A stretch of 64,000 nucleotides of DNA, taken from a bacterium. GTDB taxonomy: Bacteria; Electryoneota; JAOADG01. Shown piece after piece: positions 1 through 8,193 of the stretch. The notes beneath the pieces are model-generated. The model had not been told where the DNA came from. It saw only the letters and a program-made list of their open reading frames with translations, and searched no databases. The position numbers and the translations under genes were made by a program. The stretch covers positions 128,001 through 192,000 of the forward strand of contig OY820579.1 in NCBI GenBank assembly GCA_963681965.1. Reading direction: 5' to 3'. Within the stretch, counting starts at the first letter, position 1, and the number at the start of each line of letters is the position of its first letter.

Positions 1-1
1 A

Positions 2-3000
2 ACGATGTACGTCTACGGTATTTGTGTCAATTCGGGTACGTGTTACATCGATAACAATAACATTGTAATGAATGGTTTGTTAGCCGGTGTCTCGAATGCG
101 AATATCTACGAAAGTAGCAGTAACGCCAGCATTTCGCTACGGAACAATATTTTGATCAATCGAACGGCAGCTCAGACAACTTCGAAGCACTATCTAATTT
201 ATCGTGGATCCGCTACGCTGAATGCGTCCAATAACAACCTCCTCTATATCTTGAATTCATCGAATGGATTCGTCGGTTATTATTCGAGCGATCTGTCGAC
301 TTGGGACAATTGGTATTCCAATACGAGCTTCGACAACAACTCGATCGTCGGCAATCCTTTCCTGATGGATGAAACGAACAACGATTTGAGGGTTACCGTA
401 GGAACGGCAACACCGATCAATAACGCCGGAACGCCGATTGCGTGGATCACTCGCGATCTGGAAGGAAACTTACGCAACGTATCGACTCCGGACATCGGTG
501 CTCAGGAAGGCAATTTTATTTCCAGCAATCCGCTTACTGGAATTAAAACCATCGGTGGCGTGTCACCCGACTACGCAACCTTCAACGATGCGACGACAGC
601 GTTGCAACTTTACGGTGTGGGCAGTGGCGGCGTGACCTTCCTGGTTCGCCCGGGAACTTATCAGGAAGCAATCACAGTGCTTCCGATTTATAATACGTCG
701 ACCACTAATCCGGTTATATTCCGGAAACAATCGAATACGGTTATCGTAGCGCCAGTCGGTACTTCCGGTAACGACGCCGCAATCAAATTGGTCGGATGCA
801 ATTGGGTTACGTTCGATGGAATCGATGTTTCGGATTCGCTCAATACCAGTTTGACGAATATAGATTTCGCCTATCAGTTGACGAACTACACCGGTCGAAT
901 CGGTGCGACGAACAATACGATTCAGAATAGTATCATCACCTTAAATCGGACGGTTAGCACTTCACGCGGTATTTATCAGATGTTGAGTTACACTCCGTTG
1001 CAACAATCCGGCGCCAACAGTTACAACAGATTCTTGAATTTGAAGATCGGTAATGCCCGGTACGGTGTGTTTATCAATGCGAACGGTACTTACCACGACA
1101 TCGGTACCGAGATTGGATCGAATCCGACCGACTTGACTGCCTCGACCCGCTTCACGATCGGATTCAATGGACAGGATGACATCGGTGGTGCCGGCGCGAC
1201 CTACGGTATTTACGCTACCAGTCAAGAAGCGATTCGGATTCACGATTGCGATGTTCAAAATATGTTCACTTCGGTTAGTACCAGCAGCATATACGCAGTC
1301 TATTTGAATTCGACTTACGGAGTCAGTGAAATTAGTGGTACCCGGATTGGCAATCTGCGCAATACTTCCACCGACGTCGCAGCCACCGGCAATATCAACG
1401 GTATCAATGCATCCATCGTTTCCGGTACACATGAACTGCGCGTCTTCAATAACTTCATCTCTGGATTCACCCATCCACGTACCACCGAATCGGCGACACT
1501 ATATCTTTATGGTGCAATTTTCTCTACCGGAACCATTTATTGCGATAACAATACGATCGTGATGAACCCCAACACGGTCGGATCGTCGAATGCGAACATT
1601 TCCGCGACCAGCGCGGTGCTAACTGCCCGCAATAATATTTTATACAACAGCACCGGCGTTCAAAGTACCGCGAAACACTACGGTTTCTATTGTCCCACCG
1701 GTACGTCTCTCGCGGCGAATTACAATGTGTTCCAGTTGTTGAATACCGGCGCAGTTTTCGGTTATCTCGGCACTTCGAGTTACACGACGCTTGCGACCTG
1801 GCGCACTGGCAGCGGTTCCGATAACAATAGTGTTGCCAGCGATCCATATTTGACCGATATCGTTAATCGGAATTTGCATATTCAAGTAGGTCTCGAGACT
1901 CCGGTTAGTAACGCCGGAACTCAGATCACGTGGATTACCAAGGATATTGACAGCGAGACTCGAAGCAATCCTCCAGATATCGGTGCCGATGAAGGTTACT
2001 TTGGATTCATCGTGATCAATCCCAATCCGGCGTCAAATGCATCGAATGTACCGACGAATACTAATTTGAGCTGGAGTGCTTCACCGTATGCGACAGGTTA
2101 CGATGTGTATTTCGGACCGTCTTCACCGCCATCGTTGGTTTCTTCCAATCAGACAGGTACGACATACACTCCATCGAGCAGTCTAGTTCGCAACTCTCCG
2201 TATTTTTGGAAAGTAATTCCGCGAAATGGCGCAACAGTTGGAACCGGTTTAGTATGGTCGTTTACGACTGGTGCCGGTGCGGCGCCGAATGGACCGATCA
2301 GTCCAACGATTACTGGAGTCACCGGTAGTTCGCAAGTCATCAATTGGGTTGATAATTCCAATGATGAAACGGGATTCTTAATTCAGAGTTCGACCGATGG
2401 TTCATCGTTCACGAATTTAATTTCGGTTACGGCTGGCACCACCAGTTGGTCACATAATGTGATTCCGTCGAATACGCATTACTGGTACCGCGTTTACGCT
2501 TACAATGCCAGCGGTAATTCAGTATCGTATGCCGAAGTGAATTCGTGGACATTGGCGAATGTTCCTCAATCACCAACGATTGGAACGATCGGCTCAACGT
2601 TCGTTCAATTAACTCCGCGTAACGGCACGACCACCAACCCGGCTATTACGACCTATGCGATCTTCGAAAGCCGCACCGGTCTTTATGTGCAAGCTGACGG
2701 TACGATGGGCACTTCGGTTGTCTGGCGTACCCTGACCGATTGGGCGACGATAACAGTCAACGGATTAACTGCCAGTGCGCCGCATGGATTCTCGACCAAA
2801 GCGCGAAATGGTGGCAATGTCGAAACGGCTTTATCAACCGCCTCGACACTTACAACTGCGAGTGTATCAGAGTCGTTCGCCGGAACAAGCTTCCCGCCAC
2901 TCGGCTGGTCGATTACGAATAGCGATGGCAGCATTACCTGGTCGCGATTCACTGGAACCAATTCCGGTAACGGAACTGCTACTGTCAACTTCCCGGCATA

Positions 3001-4357
3001 CTATCCCGGTACCGATCAGCAGGATGTTCTTTGGTCACCGGCTTTTTCAACATTGAATGTCGGCGATGCATCGGTTTCATTCCAATGGTGGTATCAGAGC
3101 GGATATTCCGGTAATGACGGGTTGGAAGTTCTGTTATCGACCGATAGTGGAGCCACATCGACTTCGCTGTGGTTACGTCGCGGTGTAACGACCACGCCGA
3201 ATTTGGGTACCGGTACTACTGGCACGTTGAATTATCCCGCAGCATCCGATTGGTCAGCGGCATCGATCTCGTTACCAATTTCGATGCTGAACCAATCATC
3301 GTTAAGGATCGGCTTCCGGTCGTACAATCAATACGGACCGGCAGTGTTCCTTGACAACGTCAATATTTCCACGACTCAAATTCCGCGGTATGCGTTTTCA
3401 CCGACTACATTCGACTTCGGTGAATCGCCGGTTCATTCGAATACGCAGAGCAACGTTTGGGTTGTGAATCGCGGTACTGAAGCGGTACAGATCACTTCGG
3501 CGGCAATTACCGGTCCGAAATTCGCGACGGCATTTTCATTGCCGATGACGATTCCAGTGTCCGATAGTATACCACTCACACTAACATTCAATCCCGATAC
3601 AACGATTACATTCCGTGATACTTTGCGGATTCAATTATCGACTGGCGCGCAACTGACATTACCCGTCAGCGGATTGGGATTCGGCAACTACATTTCATTG
3701 TCGCGCACATCAGTTTCCTTCCCAAATGTCATTGAACCGACCCGGAGCGATTCAATCACGGTGTATGTTCGCGTGCAAGGAAATGCCTCACTCGAAGATG
3801 CGTATTTCACTACGTTATCCGGTCCGTTCAGTGGTGGTCCAAATCCGTGGGTAAGTGTGCAACCGGGCGATTCCGGCGCTGTCAAGCTGTATTTCCAACC
3901 GATGACGCAAGGAGTTTTCTCGGGATCGATCGCATTTGTTTGCAGTGCGATCAATACCGATACAATTCGGATCACACTATCCGGAACTGCGGCATTTGTG
4001 CCTGCAGCACCAGGTGGATTGACAATTACACGCGCCAGTGAAAATGCACTACTCAATTGGGCGCGGGTCGATACGTCGCTCAACGGCGTGCCATTGACGG
4101 TAGGACGGTATCTGATTTACTACCGCGACAATGGTACCGGACCGTGGTACTTCTTAACATTCACGGAAGGGGCGAGTACAACATCGTATACTCACGTCGG
4201 CGTATTTACTTATAGTCCGGCGATGTATTATCGGATTAAAGCTTGGATCGGTACCGGTTCGAGCGATAGTATCATCGACGACACCCCGTCCGGAACTCCG
4301 GAGGCGGTGATGATGAAGCGTTTGGACAATGATTTGATTCAGACGATGAAGCGGTAG
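2..4357 (+). CDS. Large surface protein, 5'-truncated by the window: beta-helix repeats, FN3 domains, jelly-roll (choice-of-anchor J-like) domain, two choice-of-anchor D/ASH-type Ig domains and a C-terminal FN3-like domain
   Basis: 1450-aa ORF, open from the window edge and without a signal peptide. Repeated 'PDIGA(Q/D)EG' motifs, 'WVDNSNDETGF' FN3 motif, 'SESFAGTSFPPLGW' and 'FDFGE...VVNRG' modules; Thr/Ser/Asn-rich. Confidence 0.75.
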   Translation, partial: TMYVYGICVNSGTCYIDNNNIVMNGLLAGVSNANIYESSSNASISLRNNILINRTAAQTTSKHYLIYRGSATLNASNNNLLYILNSSNGFVGYYSSDLSTWDNWYSNTSFDNNSIVGNPFLMDETNNDLRVTVGTATPINNAGTPIAWITRDLEGNLRNVSTPDIGAQEGNFISSNPLTGIKTIGGVSPDYATFNDATTALQLYGVGSGGVTFLVRPGTYQEAITVLPIYNTSTTNPVIFRKQSNTVIVAPVGTSGNDAAIKLVGCNWVTFDGIDVSDSLNTSLTNIDFAYQLTNYTGRIGATNNTIQNSIITLNRTVSTSRGIYQMLSYTPLQQSGANSYNRFLNLKIGNARYGVFINANGTYHDIGTEIGSNPTDLTASTRFTIGFNGQDDIGGAGATYGIYATSQEAIRIHDCDVQNMFTSVSTSSIYAVYLNSTYGVSEISGTRIGNLRNTSTDVAATGNINGINASIVSGTHELRVFNNFISGFTHPRTTESATLYLYGAIFSTGTIYCDNNTIVMNPNTVGSSNANISATSAVLTARNNILYNSTGVQSTAKHYGFYCPTGTSLAANYNVFQLLNTGAVFGYLGTSSYTTLATWRTGSGSDNNSVASDPYLTDIVNRNLHIQVGLETPVSNAGTQITWITKDIDSETRSNPPDIGADEGYFGFIVINPNPASNASNVPTNTNLSWSASPYATGYDVYFGPSSPPSLVSSNQTGTTYTPSSSLVRNSPYFWKVIPRNGATVGTGLVWSFTTGAGAAPNGPISPTITGVTGSSQVINWVDNSNDETGFLIQSSTDGSSFTNLISVTAGTTSWSHNVIPSNTHYWYRVYAYNASGNSVSYAEVNSWTLANVPQSPTIGTIGSTFVQLTPRNGTTTNPAITTYAIFESRTGLYVQADGTMGTSVVWRTLTDWATITVNGLTASAPHGFSTKARNGGNVETALSTASTLTTASVSESFAGTSFPPLGWSITNSDGSITWSRFTGTNSGNGTATVNFPAYYPGTDQQDVLWSPAFSTLNVGDASVSFQWWYQSGYSGNDGLEVLLSTDSGATSTSLWLRRGVTTTPNLGTGTTGTLNYPAASDWSAASISLPISMLNQSSLRIGFRSYNQYGPAVFLDNVNISTTQIPRYAFSPTTFDFGESPVHSNTQSNVWVVNRGTEAVQITSAAITGPKFATAFSLPMTIPVSDSIPLTLTFNPDTTITFRDTLRIQLSTGAQLTLPVSGLGFGNYISLSRTSVSFPNVIEPTRSDSITVYVRVQGNASLEDAYFTTLSGPFSGGPNPWVSVQPGDSGAVKLYFQPMTQGVFSGSIAFVCSAINTDTIRITLSGTAAFVPAAPGGLTITRASENALLNWARVDTSLNGVPLTVGRYLIYYRDNGTGPWYFLTFTEGASTTSYTHVGVFTYSPAMYYRIKAWIGTGSSDSIIDDTPSGTPEAVMMKRLDNDLIQTMKR

Positions 4358-4372
4358 AAATTCTACAGTAAT

Positions 4373-4407
4373 AAAAACGGGTGGCGAGGATTGCCACCCG
4401 TTTTTTT
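4373..4407. terminator. Intrinsic terminator, probably bidirectional
   Basis: AAAAACGGGTGGCGA-GGA-TTGCCACCCGTTTTTTT hairpin with A and T tracts, between convergent genes. Confidence 0.85.
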
Positions 4408-4428
4408 GTCGGTGATATCTCAATTGTA

Positions 4429-4546
4429 TACAGTGGTTCTATAAAATCAGTTGTCATGATTCGGTGTCAGGCTTCGCCTGACCTGCGGGCGGACACGGGG
4501 TTCCGCACCTACTACCGATAACAACTTATTTTCAAGAGATACTATA
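4429..4546. mobile_element. MITE-like element copy 1 (118 bp) with internal REP-like hairpins
   Basis: Imperfect terminal inverted repeats TACAGTGGTTCTATAAAATCAGTTGT ... ACAACTTATTTTCAAGAGATACTATA; closely similar to 31087-31204 and 43107-43258. Confidence 0.8.
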
Positions 4547-4548
4547 CA

Positions 4549-4797
4549 CTAATGCGAAAGACATTTCGGACACCGGATATGCTCGGTGCGAAATATTTCT
4601 ACCGTACCGACTCCATGACAAGCATAACAGGTTTTTTCCAATGCATCGTTGCCACTACCATGACAAAAAGTGCACTGCACCTTCACTTCACACAATCGAT
4701 CAATCCAACCAGTATCATTGCAATTGGGACACTGTCGATCCGAAATTTGCGAATTCTTTTGGGAAGATATTTTAGTATTATCGAACTGCTGCGACAT
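4549..4797 (-). CDS. Small stand-alone DnaJ-type (CxxCxGxG) zinc-finger protein
   Basis: CPNCNDTG, CTFCHGSG, CYACHGVG and CPKC motifs in about 82 aa; its start overlaps the end of the maturation protease gene. Confidence 0.6.
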   Translation of the reverse strand: MSQQFDNTKISSQKNSQISDRQCPNCNDTGWIDRLCEVKVQCTFCHGSGNDALEKTCYACHGVGTVEIFRTEHIRCPKCLSH

Positions 4798-5254
4798 CTT
4801 TATCAATCCACTCTTCAATTAACTGAACTGCAACAGGAAGCGCATTTCGAACCGATTCCGAAATACCCTCCGATAGGGTTACCAAGTCTTCCGCCTCGAC
4901 CGTCAGAATGTCGACAGTGGTCGGCATGGTGTAACCGAGATTCTCACCCAATCGTAATGCAACTGGCAGATTGATCTGGTGATTCGACATTAATCTTACC
5001 GTTGGAATTGGATCACTAGCGGACAATATTCGAATTGTACCCGGTGTATCTCGCTGCGTCTGAATGGTATCGACAATCAGGACCCGATCGCGACCATTCA
5101 ACAGATCGAGTAACGCGAATCCGGCGATCGCAGCCGCGGTTACGTCCGCGATCGCCGATACCTCCCCCTTTTCCCGCAAGAGATCTGCAATTTTAAAACC
5201 GAAACCGTCGTCACTGATGATCTCATTTCCCAAACAGAGAATTAACGGTTTCAA
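4778..5254 (-). CDS. Hydrogenase maturation protease (HycI/HybD family)
   Basis: 'LCLGNEIISDDGFG', 'VLIVDTI' and 'SNHQ' motifs; TTG start overlapping the mvhA stop, with a GGAGG RBS. Confidence 0.88.
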   Translation of the reverse strand: MKPLILCLGNEIISDDGFGFKIADLLREKGEVSAIADVTAAAIAGFALLDLLNGRDRVLIVDTIQTQRDTPGTIRILSASDPIPTVRLMSNHQINLPVALRLGENLGYTMPTTVDILTVEAEDLVTLSEGISESVRNALPVAVQLIEEWIDKDVAAVR

Positions 5255-6735
5255 CAATTCCTCCGGGTACTTCCGACAATCTCGCCAGTCTCGGCATCGT
5301 GAATAACAATTTCCAATGGGAGCGATCCATTCAGCGAATGCGTCGCGCAACCAAAGCAGGGATCATAGGCGCGAAACGCCATTTCGATTCGATTCAGCAT
5401 CCCGTCGGTGATCTCTGTTCCCTTTTTGATCAACCCTTCCGCAGCTTTCTTAATCGACATTGTGATCGGCGCGTTGTTGTTGGTCGTACCGACAATGAGA
5501 TTCGCTTCCGTCACGATTCCGTTTTGATCGGTCTTGTAATGATGGGTCAATATTCCGCGCGGTGCTTCGACAATTCCGACTCCCTCTCCCACGATACCCG
5601 TTGGAATCGTTTGAATTTCATCGGAAGTAATTTCTTCGTCTTGTGCTCCAGCGAGGGTCGCTTCACAGGCATACACCATCTCGACAACACGTGCCCAGTG
5701 CGTTGCCAAGGTCTGTTGTACCATGGTTTTACCGCTGCGATCGCCAGTGAGGGTATCGTAAAAACGCTCGTACTCTGCTTGCGCCAGCGGTGTCGCCATG
5801 CCATCGGAGACATTCAATCGCGACAGCGGCGATGCTTTGTATACCCCGGACGTAACACCGTCGACAAAGCCATTCCAACCGACTTTCTTGAGGTAGGGAT
5901 ACTTCAAATAGCTGTAAGTTTCAACATGCTCAGCGATATGTTCGAGATAGTCTTTCGGTTGATATCGACAGAATTCCTTTCCGTCGGGATCGACTACGCG
6001 AACCGTGCCATCGTAAAAATTCACTTTATTGTGTTCATCGACCAGACCAATATTATAGGTCTTGTGGGTGTAAGCATCGGAAAGAATCATATCGACATAC
6101 GCTTGATTCGCAAGCACAATATCGTCGAACACTTTGATCGTGAATTTCGCAAACTCCACCATCGCTTTGCCAATTTCGATCAACTCCTCACGCTCGGCTT
6201 TCGAAACACGTTTGGCGTTGCCTCCGGGAATGGCTGTTACAGGATGGACTTTCTTTCCACCGATGATCTCGATCACACGCTGACTGCGAGCACGATGAGC
6301 AATGACTTTCTTTCCGGCTTCGATACCGACTTTTGCAATGACTCCCAAAATATTACGTTCGGCAGCAGGGGCATCCGGTCCGACGACAAAATCGGGACCG
6401 CCGAGAGCGTAGAAATGGGTCGCATGATCCCCGGCATAAAAACCGTTATACATCAGCGAACGCAATTTGAATGCCGCTGGCGGGATCGTCACGCCATACA
6501 CGGCATCGGTCGCTTTTGCCGCAGCCAAGTGGTGCGCGTCAGGACAGACACCGCAAATCCGGGTGGTGATCCGTGCCAGTTCTTCAACTGGACGACCTTG
6601 ACAGAATTTTTCAAACCCGCGTAGTTCCGGAATTTGGAAGTAGCAATTTGCAATGGATCCATCGTCGTTGACGAAGAGTTGAATTTTACCATGACCCTCG
6701 AGTCGAGTGATTGGATCAATCGTAATCGATTTCAT
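5251..6735 (-). CDS. mvhA: [NiFe]-hydrogenase large subunit, group 3c (Mvh type)
   Basis: 'ITRLEGHG', L1 'RICGVCPDAH', L2 'RAYDPCFGCATH' followed by a cleavable C-terminal extension; adjacent to mvhG, mvhD and hdr genes. Confidence 0.92.
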   Translation of the reverse strand: MKSITIDPITRLEGHGKIQLFVNDDGSIANCYFQIPELRGFEKFCQGRPVEELARITTRICGVCPDAHHLAAAKATDAVYGVTIPPAAFKLRSLMYNGFYAGDHATHFYALGGPDFVVGPDAPAAERNILGVIAKVGIEAGKKVIAHRARSQRVIEIIGGKKVHPVTAIPGGNAKRVSKAEREELIEIGKAMVEFAKFTIKVFDDIVLANQAYVDMILSDAYTHKTYNIGLVDEHNKVNFYDGTVRVVDPDGKEFCRYQPKDYLEHIAEHVETYSYLKYPYLKKVGWNGFVDGVTSGVYKASPLSRLNVSDGMATPLAQAEYERFYDTLTGDRSGKTMVQQTLATHWARVVEMVYACEATLAGAQDEEITSDEIQTIPTGIVGEGVGIVEAPRGILTHHYKTDQNGIVTEANLIVGTTNNNAPITMSIKKAAEGLIKKGTEITDGMLNRIEMAFRAYDPCFGCATHSLNGSLPLEIVIHDAETGEIVGSTRRNC

Positions 6736-7703
6736 AATTGTACCCTCCTCAACAAAGAATCCGGCAAGGAAAATCGGTAGAAGGTACCCAACGGATCTGG
6801 TAGTGTTTGGATAATTCGATCGATTTCAGCCGGATCGGAAGAATCGATCACGCTGGCAAGCGCCGAAGCCATTTTCGCACCTTGATCGCGAACATTGAGT
6901 GGCGCTCCATAACAGCCACGACAAGGCATTCCGGCACTAACACATTTAGCACCACACCCACCACGCGTGGCAGGACCATTGCAAACGATACCCTGCTCCA
7001 TCAAACAAATTTCGGGGTCGGTTTTGATCGCAAACGGTCGAACGAACGATTTCACTTTTTTGACATCGCGTTTTCGATCGCACTCATCGCAACAAGTCTT
7101 GTCCGTCGCACCTAAGATCGAACCATGCGGAGGAAGCGGTTTTCCGTTACTGAGTATATCGATTACCGCCCCCACAACAGCGGCAATTTGATCGGATTGC
7201 GGTGGACAACCGGGAATGATATAGTCGACATCGACACATTGACAGAGCGTACGCACGGTATTCCAGAGTTGGGGAATTTTTAAATCGCCCTCGGGTACTG
7301 TGGTAAGCGGTCGTGGTCGAATTCCATTGGGATTGACGGTCGATGGCGAATCGGAATAGGCATACTGCATGATCGATTCCAGATCGTAGAAATTAGCCAA
7401 ACCGGGAATACATCCTTCCGATGCACAACTTCCGAAGGCAACCAGTACGACTGATTTTTTCCGGAGGAGGTCGGCAATATGGAGATTTTCATCGCTCCGG
7501 ATTGCGCCATTAAATAACGTCAAAGTGATCGATTTATCGGGCATTGCTTCGACATCGGCATATTTAAAATCAGTGGCACAGGGCCAGAGGCAGATATCGA
7601 AAAAATCCGCGACAGCCAGAATTTTTTCTTCGATATCGAGAATGGCGATATCGCAACCGCCGCAGGAAGCCGCCCAATAGATCGCTAGTTTAGGTTTATC
7701 CAT
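6732..7703 (-). CDS. mvhG: [NiFe]-hydrogenase small subunit
   Basis: 'ASCGGC', 'AFGSCA', 'IPGCPP', 'TCCDEC' and 'CNGPATRGGCGAKC...PCRGC' FeS motifs. Confidence 0.9.
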   Translation of the reverse strand: MDKPKLAIYWAASCGGCDIAILDIEEKILAVADFFDICLWPCATDFKYADVEAMPDKSITLTLFNGAIRSDENLHIADLLRKKSVVLVAFGSCASEGCIPGLANFYDLESIMQYAYSDSPSTVNPNGIRPRPLTTVPEGDLKIPQLWNTVRTLCQCVDVDYIIPGCPPQSDQIAAVVGAVIDILSNGKPLPPHGSILGATDKTCCDECDRKRDVKKVKSFVRPFAIKTDPEICLMEQGIVCNGPATRGGCGAKCVSAGMPCRGCYGAPLNVRDQGAKMASALASVIDSSDPAEIDRIIQTLPDPLGTFYRFSLPDSLLRRVQL

Positions 7704-7716
7704 GTTCAGGATCCTC

Positions 7717-8193
7717 TTATTGTTCGATTGCGATTGATTGCGTTGTCTCGTGGTGTATTTTCCTTAGATCGTCCGGATTGAAATGGACTTCTTTCAAAAC
7801 TAGCGGTCCGAGTGCTCTAATCTGATTAGTAAATTCGGAGATCACTTCCTGAAAACGGGCACCTTCGGAAGCCGAAACCCATTCCAATCTCAGCCGTGTC
7901 GGATCGATTCCCATTCCGGCAATAATCGTTTTAGTAAAGGGAATCCGTCGGAGACATTTGTAATTGCCTTCGACATAGTGACAATCTCCGGGGTGGCAAC
8001 CGCACACCAACACTCCATCGGCACCGCACCGGAAGGCATCGAGGATAAATCCCGGATCGACGCGACCACTGCACATTACCCGGATTCCTACCACATTGGG
8101 TGGGTACTTCATGCGCGCAGTTCCGGCGAGATCCGCTCCGGTATAACTGCACCAATTACAGAGAAAACCGACAATTCTAGGTTCGAAGATCAT
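7717..8193 (-). CDS. mvhD: [2Fe-2S] hydrogenase-Hdr adaptor subunit
   Basis: 'FLCNWCSYTGADLAG', 'MCSGRVDP', 'GCHPGDCHY'; ATG at 8193 overlaps the upstream stop (ATGA). Confidence 0.92.
   Translation of the reverse strand: MIFEPRIVGFLCNWCSYTGADLAGTARMKYPPNVVGIRVMCSGRVDPGFILDAFRCGADGVLVCGCHPGDCHYVEGNYKCLRRIPFTKTIIAGMGIDPTRLRLEWVSASEGARFQEVISEFTNQIRALGPLVLKEVHFNPDDLRKIHHETTQSIAIEQ

Noticed and set aside
4549-4797. CxxCH motifs suggesting a diheme cytochrome c
   Set aside because: No signal peptide, and the motifs are part of CxxCxGxG zinc-finger repeats
5299-6624. 441-aa plus-strand ORF
   Set aside because: Antisense shadow of mvhA with no recognisable motifs
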